A stretch of 64,000 bases of DNA from an uncultured Fibrobacterota bacterium (GTDB lineage: Bacteria > Fibrobacterota > Chitinivibrionia > Chitinivibrionales > FEN-1185): contig CAVWBU010000021.1 in assembly GCA_963753345.1 (NCBI GenBank), positions 1 through 64,000 on the forward strand. Reading direction: 5' to 3'. A program made the translations under genes and the position numbers. This document shows, in pieces, positions 20,865-30,866 of this stretch (within the stretch, counting starts at the first letter, position 1; each line of letters starts with the position of its first letter). The notes under the pieces were generated by a model. The model did no database searches. It was not told the DNA's origin and saw only the letters and a list, made by a program, of their open reading frames with translations.

Positions 20865-23275
20865 AATTTCCGTTTCTCTATTTTGGCTGGCTCCAGAAGG
20901 ACAACCCCTGCGGCACGGTGGAACGGCTGCCCGAACTTACCGACCGGTTCGAAACGTCGGTGCCGGGCCTTTATTGCATCGGCGACCTCACCGGTGTCCC
21001 TCTTATCAAACTTGCCGCGGAATCGGGCAACAGGTTCATGGAGCAATTGTCTGCCGACGAGAAGTTCGCCGCGGAGCGGAACCGGAAAGCCGGCGATGTC
21101 TACGACCTGATCATCATCGGCGCCGGGCCTTCGGGCGTGTCGGCGGGAATCCGAGCCATGGAATTCGGTTATAAACATCTGATTGTCGAGTCGTCGCGTG
21201 CGTTCAACACCATCAACAACTTTCCGGCAGCTAAACCTATCTACGTGACGCCGGCAGGCCCGGTAAAATCGCCGCTTGCGTTTACCGATGGCACCAAGGA
21301 AACCCTTATAGAGCAGTTGTACTCGGGTATGGCCGTACATAACATCACGCTTCACGAAGGTGAAATGGTCAAAGGCATCACCGGGAGCTTGGGCCGTTTC
21401 TCCGTGGAAACCTCGGCAGCGACATACAAGGCGCTGAGGGTGGTGATTGCAATTGGTAAGACCGGCGCAACCCGGTCGCTAGGCGTTCCCGGTGAAAGTT
21501 TTCCAAAAGTTCTCTCACGACTTATCGACCCGGGCCTGCACCACGGGCAGGATATTCTCGTTGTAGGTGGCGGTGACAGTGCAGTCGAGGCCGCAGTCGC
21601 GCTTGCAAAGAGCGGCAACCGTGTCACCCTGTCATATCGCAAAGCCGCCCTAGGCAGGCCCAAAGAGCAAATCCTGAAGAGCTTCAACGATCTGGTGCAA
21701 GCAGGCGCTATAACGCCCCTGTTTGAATCCCAGGTCAAGCAGATACGCGAAACCGACGTGTTGCTTTCAACAAGGCGCGGCGATACTGCTATTCCCAACA
21801 ATGTCGTTTTTGTCTTGATCGGCTCAGCGCCGCCCGTCGGGTTCCTCAAGAAATCTGGAGTGCGGCTGCAGGGCAAATACGATTTGTCATACAAGGTCGC
21901 GCTGGCCGTGTTCTTATTCTTCGCGATAATGCTTTACTTTGGAAAAAAAGCTCCGGCCACTGCCGTCTCCAGCCTCATGGATTTTTGGCGATTGCCTCTG
22001 GCGCTGGCTGGCTTTGCGTGGCCGCAGCAAGTAGACGTCCTGGCAGCCTGGCTCGGATTTGTTTGCTTTACGATAGCGGGGCTTCTGTTCGGGGTGTACT
22101 TCTTATGGAAGAACGCACGAAGAGCAACGGGGGCTTGGAACGGTTTCAAGCTCGGTTACTATTTTGCGATGTCGGTTCTTGTTTGTTACCTTTACATAGC
22201 GTATAAGCTTCTTGCGCGGCATCCGCTGTTTGGTGACATGGGCGACTGGTATACCGCGTTGTACTCCCTTACCATTGTGATCTTCGGGGTCCGGCGCATC
22301 TACAGGAGGGGTACCGGATATATTACCAGGCAAACGCTCGTACTCATGGCATTCCAGGTACTGCCGCTGTTCGTCCTCCCGTTATTTGTGCTTCCGTACA
22401 TGGGGTCGCATCACCTGCTGCCGGCCTGGATCATGGAAACGGTTTTTCCAGGACAATCCTACTGGCGCGCATTCGGATTTGTCTTGGCGTGGCCGCTTTT
22501 CATTTACAACGCGGCAACGGGTACGCCCACCATGTTTTGGCTGGTCTTAGGAATTCTTCAGACCTTTGTTATTGTTCCGTTCATAGTTTACAAATGGGGC
22601 AAAGGCGCATACTGCGGCTGGGTATGCCCATGTGGGGCAATGGCGGAATCCCTTGGGGACGAGCATCGGACTCGTGCGCTGCACGGCCCGACCGCCAAAA
22701 AAGCAGAGAATTCCGGGCAAGCTGTGCTGTGGTTTGCCGCAGTGGTCACCCTGGCGAGCCTTGCCGCAGGGTCCGGTGGACGCGGTTCAAACAACGCGCT
22801 CGAAGCGTATGGCATCATCGTCGATATCATCCTCGCGGGCGTGATCGGCCTGGGTGCATATTTCCATTTCTCGGGCCGTGTCTGGTGCAGGTTTTTTTGT
22901 CCGCTTGCGGCGCTCATGCATATTTACGCCCGTTTCTCACCCTACCGCATCATGGCGAACAAAAAGCGCTGTATCTCGTGCAATATCTGCACCAAAGTTT
23001 GTCATATGGGAATCGATGTGATGAACTTCGCAAATAAGGGCATTCCCATGAACGATGTGCAATGCGTTCGCTGCAGCGCGTGTATCGTGAATTGCCCCTT
23101 GCAAGTGCTCACGTTCGGCACTGTGGGATCCGCTGATCTTGAAAATAAGAAGTATAGGAAAACCTGGTTCCCGCTGTCGCGGGGCTGGCAAAGCGGGCAT
23201 TTGCAAAAGGACATCGACATGCTGCTTACGGAAGAGGAAACCCAATCGCAATCAGCGATTTTCAGCCCACCGTAA
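20861..23275 (+). CDS. YpdA/TrxB-like FAD oxidoreductase fused to a membrane NapH/MauN-like 4Fe-4S domain
   Basis: IIGAGPSG, VVGGGDSAVEAA; many TM helices; YCGWVCPCG, WCRFFCP, CISCNICTKVC, CVRCSACIVNCP. Confidence 0.85.
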   Translation: MKFPFLYFGWLQKDNPCGTVERLPELTDRFETSVPGLYCIGDLTGVPLIKLAAESGNRFMEQLSADEKFAAERNRKAGDVYDLIIIGAGPSGVSAGIRAMEFGYKHLIVESSRAFNTINNFPAAKPIYVTPAGPVKSPLAFTDGTKETLIEQLYSGMAVHNITLHEGEMVKGITGSLGRFSVETSAATYKALRVVIAIGKTGATRSLGVPGESFPKVLSRLIDPGLHHGQDILVVGGGDSAVEAAVALAKSGNRVTLSYRKAALGRPKEQILKSFNDLVQAGAITPLFESQVKQIRETDVLLSTRRGDTAIPNNVVFVLIGSAPPVGFLKKSGVRLQGKYDLSYKVALAVFLFFAIMLYFGKKAPATAVSSLMDFWRLPLALAGFAWPQQVDVLAAWLGFVCFTIAGLLFGVYFLWKNARRATGAWNGFKLGYYFAMSVLVCYLYIAYKLLARHPLFGDMGDWYTALYSLTIVIFGVRRIYRRGTGYITRQTLVLMAFQVLPLFVLPLFVLPYMGSHHLLPAWIMETVFPGQSYWRAFGFVLAWPLFIYNAATGTPTMFWLVLGILQTFVIVPFIVYKWGKGAYCGWVCPCGAMAESLGDEHRTRALHGPTAKKAENSGQAVLWFAAVVTLASLAAGSGGRGSNNALEAYGIIVDIILAGVIGLGAYFHFSGRVWCRFFCPLAALMHIYARFSPYRIMANKKRCISCNICTKVCHMGIDVMNFANKGIPMNDVQCVRCSACIVNCPLQVLTFGTVGSADLENKKYRKTWFPLSRGWQSGHLQKDIDMLLTEEETQSQSAIFSPP

Positions 23276-23290
23276 TTTCATCCGCGGCAC

Positions 23291-23740
23291 TCACTTCGCC
23301 AAATCGAATTTTGCCCGAATCGTCTCCATGCGTTTGCGGTTGACTCCCATGTCGCCGTAACCGAGCCGTGAGGCCGACCTGAATTGAATGGTTTTTGCGC
23401 TGTCGTCGAACACGAACTCCACATCGTCGACAAATCGCCACAGAAACGAAGTGAATTCAACATCGAGATAGGTGCCTGTGTCCGAAATAATTCTGGTGCG
23501 GGGGAAAGAATCGATCACGCGGATGAGCTTTTGCTTCGCATTGATGCTGGTCCCCGAGTAGGACAATGGTTTGATGGCGTGAGTCTTGTCGGATGCAAAC
23601 GTCGATACGCAGTTGGGTGATTCGGGGCATGGCGCGAGTGTCCCGTCGTGCACGCCGAGGTTGGAGGGGCGCGTTCCGGAGCACATACACACGGCCGCAA
23701 GAAGGCCGCAGCCAAGGACTTTTGTAAACGTCCGATTCAT
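23291..23740 (-). CDS. DUF1499 family lipoprotein
   Basis: LAPCPESPNCVST, FVDDVEF, RSASRLGYGDMGVNRKR. Confidence 0.88.
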   Translation of the reverse strand: MNRTFTKVLGCGLLAAVCMCSGTRPSNLGVHDGTLAPCPESPNCVSTFASDKTHAIKPLSYSGTSINAKQKLIRVIDSFPRTRIISDTGTYLDVEFTSFLWRFVDDVEFVFDDSAKTIQFRSASRLGYGDMGVNRKRMETIRAKFDLAK

Positions 23741-23766
23741 TTCCTGCTCCTTTGAAAAAGCAAACT

Positions 23767-24510
23767 TCACGGGCACCTATCCACTTTGTTGAGCGACCAG
23801 TCGTATTTGTTAAAATGAACGTCTGGTCCCACCGGACGTGCCAGAGTAGCCGCAATAAACGATGAAAAGGACCCGAAACGTTTCTTGAAGTCGTCGCCAT
23901 ACCATTCAAAAATCTTCGAAACCCGCATGGAATGATTCGTGAAGGTGTTCCGGGTGGTGTCCGCGAGAAAGATGGAGGCGGCGCGCTTGAATTGCGCGTC
24001 GAGGCTGTCTCCGGTATATGGCGTGCCCTGCAAAACCGGACAGCTTTTTGATGCGCACACAAGCGCGAAATGAATGCGCGGGTCTTCGAACTGCTTTCGA
24101 AGAATATCGGTTTCGAGGTTGTCAAGCGACACCGTGTCGCCGAACAGCGGTATGAACTTGACTCCCCACGGATTTGGAATGTCCCTGATGCCCGTTTTGA
24201 GGGGGAGGTGGCGCACGACAAGGTCGATGGTGTACAAGTTGTAAAGGTTGATGTAGTAGGCGATTTGACCGTTGCCGGAAAGTGCGGAGACGCCGGCACG
24301 GCTCACTGAACTCAATTCGGTCCTGGCCTTTTCCAGGATCCGGGGATTTTTCGCAAGCACATCGTAAGCGACACCTCCCCGGCACACATATCCAGAGAGC
24401 AAGGCGCCATAGTCGCGGTACAAAGGACCGGAACCGAACACCAAGCCGGAAATGGAAATGATTGATAAAGAAGATAACGTGAAAAGAGCCGTGAGCTTCA
24501 TCACCGCCAC
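23767..24510 (-). CDS. DUF547 family secreted protein
   Basis: AYYINLYN, SLDNLE..ILR, DPRIHFALVCASKSCP, SKIFEWYGDDF, YDWSLN. Confidence 0.9.
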   Translation of the reverse strand: MAVMKLTALFTLSSLSIISISGLVFGSGPLYRDYGALLSGYVCRGGVAYDVLAKNPRILEKARTELSSVSRAGVSALSGNGQIAYYINLYNLYTIDLVVRHLPLKTGIRDIPNPWGVKFIPLFGDTVSLDNLETDILRKQFEDPRIHFALVCASKSCPVLQGTPYTGDSLDAQFKRAASIFLADTTRNTFTNHSMRVSKIFEWYGDDFKKRFGSFSSFIAATLARPVGPDVHFNKYDWSLNKVDRCP

Positions 24511-24552
24511 CTTAATTGAACATTTGCGGTTTCTGGCTATGCAGATGATCGT

Positions 24553-25260
24553 TTACTGCGGCAATAGCCAGTCGGTGGAACCTTTCAACTGCACCGCGAC
24601 ATCGGTGAACCAAACTCGGAACGTGCTGTCTGCGCCGGGCCGGTTAAGCGACAGAAACAATGGTCCCACCCGTCGATTTTCCTCCCACAGGTTCGTGCGG
24701 GTAGGAACGGCAGCGTTTCCTCGTCGATAGATCCATTGCATCACGTGATTGCCCTTGTCAACAAAAAGGTCGAAAGCATCACCCGGCGTGTAGCCGTCGG
24801 CGGGCGGATAGGTTATGGTAACCATGGTTGCAGCTCCCGTGCCGATGGGTACTGGCCTTTCTAGGGCAACGGTAATTGCCGCTGAGCCGTCCCACACAAG
24901 ATGCAAGGGGAAGAGTAGCCAGTATTGGTCGTTGATAAACTGTGCGTCAGCCTTGCGGACATTTTCCTTACTCGTGTCTGGCAATCCGCTACGCGTATAG
25001 GAAACCGGCGCCGCGCCCGGCTCTTGCATCGTTACGCGGCCGCCGCTCACATCCCACAGCCACGACCGGGAAATCGTTTTTCCGTTGAACTTAACGTTAA
25101 AAGTATACTTCATTTTACCGACAAGAGAGAACGAATCGAGGCCATATGCCTTGGCCACCTGCAAAGGAAGACTGTTCTTTTGAGTTTGGGGCCTCGCGCA
25201 GGCAATGCCAAGAACCAAGATAAAAAGAATCAACTTTGTCAAAGTAGGCGATGAAACCAT
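24553..25260 (-). CDS. Hypothetical exported/lipoprotein
   Basis: Signal ending LGIAC; FINDQYWLLFP and GYTPGDAFDLF blocks; co-oriented with neighbours. Confidence 0.65.
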   Translation of the reverse strand: MVSSPTLTKLILFILVLGIACARPQTQKNSLPLQVAKAYGLDSFSLVGKMKYTFNVKFNGKTISRSWLWDVSGGRVTMQEPGAAPVSYTRSGLPDTSKENVRKADAQFINDQYWLLFPLHLVWDGSAAITVALERPVPIGTGAATMVTITYPPADGYTPGDAFDLFVDKGNHVMQWIYRRGNAAVPTRTNLWEENRRVGPLFLSLNRPGADSTFRVWFTDVAVQLKGSTDWLLPQ

Positions 25261-25377
25261 GAAAGCCTCCCTTGTGTGTGGGCAAAAAAGACCATGCGTC
25301 TTGCCGACAGTGCTTTGGCGCGAACAGTGTTCCAGCCGACGCGTCATTTCCATCCGGAACTTCTTTGAGCCAAAGCC

Positions 25378-25875
25378 CTATTGAGCGCGCGCGAGCTTTA
25401 CCAGAGCGATGACGTAGCCGTCCGGATCGCGAACGAACGCCTCGGTTCCCCAATCGTAGTTGCGCGGCTCCTGAACAATTGCATAACCGGCCTTCCGGAA
25501 CCGCTCCACCATAGCTGCCACATCTTCGACCTCAAAATGCTGATACAGGCCAATTCCCCTGCTCTTTTGGGAAGCGGGTGCATCTTCCCAGCCCCAGTGG
25601 TTCTGCCATAAGTAAATCCCTGCATTGGCCGATTCCAGCGTAGCAAAGCCGTTTGATTGCGAGGTGAGCGAGAGTCCAAGGCAGCCATGGTAGAACTTCA
25701 GGGATTTTGCGATATCGTCGACCTCGATCAGTATGTGATGGAGAACTGGCCTCGCCGCCACCCGGCCCAAAACAGAGTCCGCCTGGGCCGAGCATAATTG
25801 ACCGGGCAATGCAACGAGAATCAGCAATACAGCAGCAAATCCAATTGTCACAAACTCATTCTTGCGCAGAACCAT
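25378..25875 (-). CDS. VOC/glyoxalase family protein with signal peptide
   Basis: HHILIEVDDIAKSLKFY..LG, FEVEDV, WG.EAFVRDPDGYVIAL. Confidence 0.82.
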   Translation of the reverse strand: MVLRKNEFVTIGFAAVLLILVALPGQLCSAQADSVLGRVAARPVLHHILIEVDDIAKSLKFYHGCLGLSLTSQSNGFATLESANAGIYLWQNHWGWEDAPASQKSRGIGLYQHFEVEDVAAMVERFRKAGYAIVQEPRNYDWGTEAFVRDPDGYVIALVKLARAQ

Positions 25876-26091
25876 GCGACCCCCGTGCCTTGACCTGTTT
25901 GGAAACTCTGTATTTAGCTTCCTAGGCATGCCTGCAACCTTCGCGCCCCTTAAGTTCGGGTTTTGTTGGAAGGATATTCGAGAAGAGCGTATTTGAATAA
26001 TAGCGTGTTTCAACTACCAAAAATACCTGATATCGAAATTGGCAATATCAAAGGTTCGAGACTCTGTCCCGACCTTTACTTTCGGCCGAGT

Positions 26092-26739
26092 TTACGGCCT
26101 TGCCTTTTTTGCGGCATTCATTAAATCGTCGGGATTGACACGGACCTTAATGTCAGGATTAAAATAGACGAAATGAATGACGCCCTTTTGGTCCACCACA
26201 TAGGCGGCCGGTACCGGCAGCATGTGAAGGTTGTTACCGGTACTTGAATCCAGCGATATGCCGCGGTTTTGCATTTTTGTTAGGGTTTCTTGGCTTACTC
26301 GGTAGGCCAATCCGAATTTCCGGGTAATTTCCATTGAGCGATCCGAGAGCAGAGTATAGTTGATGTGATGCTTGCCCAAACTTTCCTTAAGGTTCTGCGG
26401 TTTGTCTGGACTTATAGCCAATATCTGATAACCCATTTCTGTCAATTTTGGTTCAATCTTTACCAATTGGTCCATCTGCAGATTGCAGAAAGGGCACCAG
26501 CCTCCTCGGTAAAAAATCAGGACACTTGGTTTTTGAGCAATGAGCTTCCTCAACTCCACATCCTTGCCTTTAATGGTTGAGAGAATTCCATCCGGCACTG
26601 AATCTCCGACAGCCAGGGGATGAACTTCTTGGGCTGTAAGCGGTACGGGATTTTCTTGGGAAGCAGCCATGACGATTCCTCCAGATACAACCACCAAAAA
26701 CAAAATCCCAATGGAACAGGTTAAAAACATTTTGCGCAT
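26092..26739 (-). CDS. Exported AhpC/TSA peroxiredoxin-like protein
   Basis: LIFYRGGWCPFCN, AISPD, LPVPAAYVVD. Confidence 0.88.
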   Translation of the reverse strand: MRKMFLTCSIGILFLVVVSGGIVMAASQENPVPLTAQEVHPLAVGDSVPDGILSTIKGKDVELRKLIAQKPSVLIFYRGGWCPFCNLQMDQLVKIEPKLTEMGYQILAISPDKPQNLKESLGKHHINYTLLSDRSMEITRKFGLAYRVSQETLTKMQNRGISLDSSTGNNLHMLPVPAAYVVDQKGVIHFVYFNPDIKVRVNPDDLMNAAKKARP

Positions 26740-26778
26740 TTGTCACTCCATGGATCTTGAGACGTATTCTGTTTGAGG

Positions 26779-27882
26779 CTACTTTTTAAACATGGCGGTG
26801 AATTCTCCATAGCCCTCCTTCTCCAAATCTTTTGCAGGCAGGAACCGCAGGGCCGCGGAATCGATGCAATATCGCAAATGTGCTGGCGGAGGACCATCGT
26901 TGAATAGATCTCCCAAATGCGAATTGCCGATGCGGCTATGAACCTCGGACCCGGTCGTCGCCACCGCGGCATGATTGGTTTCCACGACATTTTCCTTGAC
27001 CAATGGTTTGGTGAAACTCGGCCAGCCGGTGCCGGACTCAAACTTGTCTTTTGAGCTGAAGAGCGGTTCGCCGGTAACGATGTCCACATAAATGCCGTCT
27101 TCGTGGTTATTCCAATATGCATTCTTGAACGGCGGTTCGGTTTCTTTTTCTCGCTGGGTGACTTGATACTCAAGGGGAGACAACAGCTTCTTGAGAACCG
27201 AATCAGGGGGTTTTGAGAAAGCAGTCACGGTAACGGTATCGGCTTTCCAGCCTTTATCTTTCCACGTTTTCTCCAGGAACTGGTCCCGTCCGGAGCCGTT
27301 TCGGTATCGGTGGTAATCGCCCGGATTTTTCAAATAGTAGTCCTGGTGATAGCCCTCTGCTTCGTAAAAAGTGGTAGCGGGGATGATCCTGGTAGCAACC
27401 GCTTTATTTCCAAATACCCCTGCATGTTCTAGGCTCATCTTCGTCGCCTCGGCTAGCGTTCTCTGTTGAAGGGTGTGGTAAAAAATTACCGATTGATATT
27501 GGGGGCCACGGTCAACAAACTGGCCGCCTCCATCTGTTGGATCATTGGATCTCCAGAAGGCATTCAGAAGTTGCAAATAGCTAATTTTTCTAGGATCATA
27601 GGTTAATTGGATCGACTCCATGTGGCCGGTTCCTCCGGCGCCAACCTCATGATAAGTCGGATTCGCCTTTGTTCCGCCGGTATAACCAGCCAACACCTTG
27701 ATGACCCCGCTGAGCTTTTCAAAGGGTGGTTCCATGCACCAGAAACATCCGCCGGCAAATGTCGCGGTTGCTGCATCTTTTGAAAAAACCGGAACAGTGG
27801 CTTTTGTGCCCTCTTCTGACGATGAGTTGCCGGAACAGGAGAGAGCCATGGCGCAGAGAACAACTTCAGGTGTGAATCTCAT
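26779..27882 (-). CDS. msrAB: Bifunctional methionine sulfoxide reductase MsrA-MsrB, lipoprotein
   Basis: FAGGCFWC, AEGYHQDYY, KFESGTGWPSF, HLG, RYCIDS; LSC lipobox. Confidence 0.92.
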   Translation of the reverse strand: MRFTPEVVLCAMALSCSGNSSSEEGTKATVPVFSKDAATATFAGGCFWCMEPPFEKLSGVIKVLAGYTGGTKANPTYHEVGAGGTGHMESIQLTYDPRKISYLQLLNAFWRSNDPTDGGGQFVDRGPQYQSVIFYHTLQQRTLAEATKMSLEHAGVFGNKAVATRIIPATTFYEAEGYHQDYYLKNPGDYHRYRNGSGRDQFLEKTWKDKGWKADTVTVTAFSKPPDSVLKKLLSPLEYQVTQREKETEPPFKNAYWNNHEDGIYVDIVTGEPLFSSKDKFESGTGWPSFTKPLVKENVVETNHAAVATTGSEVHSRIGNSHLGDLFNDGPPPAHLRYCIDSAALRFLPAKDLEKEGYGEFTAMFKK

Positions 27883-28055
27883 TGATAAGACCTCTTTATG
27901 TGCACCGCAATGCACTATAATACGGTGCTTGACTGGGCGCGCAAACACGGTATTCATTACCGCCTGCTTATAGGTAATTATTCCGCAATTCACATGCCAA
28001 GCCCCAGGTTTTGTATTTCTACAATCAAATTGGCGAATGTGGCATTCAAATTGGC

Positions 28056-28175
28056 TACGAGGGCGTGCTTTACCGGGCTGCAAAGCGGAAAGGCAAGGTA
28101 CGAATTTTTTCCGAAGAGGATCTTCAGCGGATACGCAAGGCCCTGATCCGGGTTCCAAGACTCAAAATAGCAGAT
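28056..28175 (+). pseudogene. MerR/Xis-like HTH relic B
   Basis: YEGVLYRAAKRKGKVRIFSEEDLQRIRKALIRVPRLK; paralogous to the 3' parts of 16265-16672 and 33790-34020. Confidence 0.7.
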
Positions 28176-28247
28176 ACGGAATCTTTTCGCCAAATAAAGA
28201 AAAAAGGATTTTGCTTATCCTAAACCCCGCCGCTTGGAACGGCGAAC

Positions 28248-28331
28248 CATCTTGAAGATGCCTGTCCTTGTGGTTTACGCCATCATTATTTCAGAAAGGC
28301 GGCATAACGGATGGTATTTTTCCAAAGGACG
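28248..28331 (-). repeat. Relic recombinase 3' end plus palindrome (copy B)
   Basis: RPLEKYHPLCRLSEIMMA* (stop 28275-28277); CATCTTGAAGATG at 28248-28260. Confidence 0.65.
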
Positions 28332-28437
28332 CGGCCTCAAATCCCGCGAACAGAGCGACAACCCGGGCCACAACCCTTACGCCTCCTGAAACATGAAAAT
28401 TCTTCACAGCAACAGAACTCCCTTCACTTTGTGAAAG

Positions 28438-28683
28438 CTACCTGATGATGGTAACGCATTTTGCCACAGGACCGCCCTGTGATGTCAACCGCATGAGGCA
28501 GGCCCCCGGTTTGAGATTTATCGCATCGAGCGGAACGGAATTGACGCCTGTGGCAGCGCTGTTTCCGGCCATCTCGGCGATTTTATCACCCCGTATGGAA
28601 TAGACCGTCAAAAGGAATTTGCCCGGGCTTGAAAGCGTGAAAAACACTTTTCCTTTACACGTGCTTGATCCAATAGCAACCAT
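28438..28683 (-). pseudogene. Orphan T9SS-like C-terminal domain
   Basis: LTVYSIRGDKIAEM...LKPGACLMRL...VTIIR with no signal peptide or cargo domain. Confidence 0.55.
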
Positions 28684-28885
28684 AGCCGTTGGCGGTTGAG
28701 CCGCATATATTATTATATAACCATATTAACAAAGTGAATAAATTGTGTGCCCGGATGCTAGCTCTATTTCTTATGTTTATGAGCGAGCCGGTCGGCGATC
28801 TAGTCTGTCATGGTCGATCATCGTGATTGATTGCACGGCATTGACCTTGGTACAGCGCCCCGCAAACGAATAGAAGAGGATTTCC

Positions 28886-30445
28886 ATGAGAACGCGATGC
28901 AGTATATCCCTTGGAGAAGCGTTATTGCTGTGTGCAATAGTCTGCCTATTGATATGCAGAGTCGAATCGGTTGTAGCTGCGAGCGGGCCCGGTGATGTGG
29001 TTGGAAAAGTTACCGTGGGGTACCAGGGCTGGTTTGCCTGCATAGGCGATGGCGCTCCAATAAACGGCTGGTGGCATTGGGCCAACAATTGGGGACAGCC
29101 GCCGTCTCCGACCAATCAGGGCATTAAGAGCTGGCCCGACATGAGTGAATATGCCAAGAGCTATCAAACCGCCTATGCTAATCTCGGCAACGGACAGCTT
29201 GCGAAATTGTTTTCTTCCTTCGATCAATCAACGGTAACCCCCCATTTTTTCTGGATGCAGAAATACGGTATCGACTGCGCAGCCTTGCAGCGCTTCAACC
29301 CGGATGGCGGGGAAGGTCCTACCCGCGATTCCATGGCAGTAAAGGTAAGGGCAGCGGCGGAAACCTACGGTGTAAAGTTCTATATCATGTACGATGCCAC
29401 CGGCTGGACCAACATGCAAACCGAAATGAAGACCGATTGGACAAGCAAAATGTCGGCGCTGACCTCTTCACCGATGTATGCGAAACAAAACGGCAAGCCC
29501 GTCGTTTGCATCTGGGGTTTCGGCTTTAACGATTCCAATCATCCGTGGGACTCCGCAACATGCCTGGATGTCGTTACCTGGTTCAAAGGCCAGGGCTGCT
29601 ACGTTATCGGCGGCGTGCCGCGGGAATGGCGCACCGGAACCGGCGGATCCAGGTCCGGCTGCCTTAGCGTGTATCACGCCTTCAACATGCTTTCGCCTTG
29701 GTTGATCGGTGCGTTTGGCGACTCGAACGGAGCGAACGGCATTCATTCCAATTTCATCGTGCCGGATCAGGCGGATTGCAACGCCAACGGCATCGATTAT
29801 CAGCCGTGTGTTTTGCCCGGGGACAATTCCTTACGTCAACGGGTCCATGGCAACCTCATGTGGCTCGAGTTCTATAACGCGATTCGTGCGGGATGCCAGG
29901 GGATCTACATTTCAATGTTTGATGAATTCAATGAAGGCAATCAGATTGCCAAGACCGCCCAAGATGCCTCAACCATACCCGCCGGCGCCACGTTTATCGG
30001 TCTGAGCGATGAGGACGGCACTGCGTGTTCGTCCGATTATTACCTGCGACTCACTGGCGACGGCGGCAGGATGCTCAAGGGCCAAATTGCGTTGACGGCC
30101 GTTCGCCCCACTCAACCGATGGCTGCGGCCGGCGTTTCCTCTCGCGAGAAACTATCCGTTTTTTCGGACGCCTGCAGTTTCAGAGTTTTGACATCGCGCA
30201 ATGGCGCCCGAATCGAGTATTCGGCGCCGTTTGACAATAGCGGCGTCGAGGTGAACATCATGACATGTGCAGGCCGCGTCGTCTGGCGTTTCCATGGTGC
30301 GTGCATCGGAGACGGATTGCATTCGGTAGACTGGAATGCTGGCCCACATTCACCCGGAGCGTATGTTGTCAAAATGACGTTTACGGGAAGAAACGTCGAC
30401 GATTATGCCTCACGAAGCGAGAAATGCATTCTGTTCTCACGGTAA
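28886..30445 (+). CDS. Secreted GH71/GH99-like glycoside hydrolase with T9SS-like CTD
   Basis: VGYQGWF, WPDMSEY, WM.KYGID..LQRF, MYD, NGKPVVCIWGFGF, YISMFDEFNEG.QIAK, SDYYLRL. Confidence 0.8.
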   Translation: MRTRCSISLGEALLLCAIVCLLICRVESVVAASGPGDVVGKVTVGYQGWFACIGDGAPINGWWHWANNWGQPPSPTNQGIKSWPDMSEYAKSYQTAYANLGNGQLAKLFSSFDQSTVTPHFFWMQKYGIDCAALQRFNPDGGEGPTRDSMAVKVRAAAETYGVKFYIMYDATGWTNMQTEMKTDWTSKMSALTSSPMYAKQNGKPVVCIWGFGFNDSNHPWDSATCLDVVTWFKGQGCYVIGGVPREWRTGTGGSRSGCLSVYHAFNMLSPWLIGAFGDSNGANGIHSNFIVPDQADCNANGIDYQPCVLPGDNSLRQRVHGNLMWLEFYNAIRAGCQGIYISMFDEFNEGNQIAKTAQDASTIPAGATFIGLSDEDGTACSSDYYLRLTGDGGRMLKGQIALTAVRPTQPMAAAGVSSREKLSVFSDACSFRVLTSRNGARIEYSAPFDNSGVEVNIMTCAGRVVWRFHGACIGDGLHSVDWNAGPHSPGAYVVKMTFTGRNVDDYASRSEKCILFSR

Positions 30446-30512
30446 CCTACCGCTCCACTGCCTGCGTTCACTTGGGGCCGCAAAACGGGGCTCAACGTTT
30501 GCGAATAAGAAA

Positions 30513-30551
30513 AAGGAACCCCTTCCACATAGTGGCGGAGAGGCAGGGATT
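30513..30551 (-). repeat. att site: direct repeat of the tRNA-Ser 3' end and flank
   Basis: 30528-30551 CATAGTGGCGGAGAGGCAGGGATT is identical to 45958-45981; 36 of 39 bp match over 30513-30551. Confidence 0.88.
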
Positions 30552-30620
30552 GGCTTCGCCCAAGCCTCATTTACATTCGGCTTTCGAAAAGTTCTTGCAT
30601 TGTCAAGCCCCTCGGCCAAA

Positions 30621-30686
30621 ATAATATGCCCCAATCACGAAACAAGAGTGTGATCGGGGCATATTATGGCGGAGAGGATGGGATTC
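30621..30686 (-). repeat. Second tRNA-Ser-like 3' fragment followed by a terminator hairpin
   Basis: TGGCGGAGAGGATGGGATTC (30667-30686, 2 mismatches to the tRNA); 18-bp stem 30621-30667 with one G-U pair and a short U-run on the minus strand. Confidence 0.75.
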
Positions 30687-30866
30687 CTCGCCATGATCCG
30701 TAAGCTGTTGATTCTACCTATAGTCTCTGTCTGACTGCATCAAAACTGCACCAAACGCAACCGCAAATAACACGAAACTTTGAGAAGTAACGAGGAGAAA
30801 AATAGATGGTTTCACAAGCAATATAAACATCTTCTCTAGAGTGTGGTTATCGACCCCAGAAGATAG

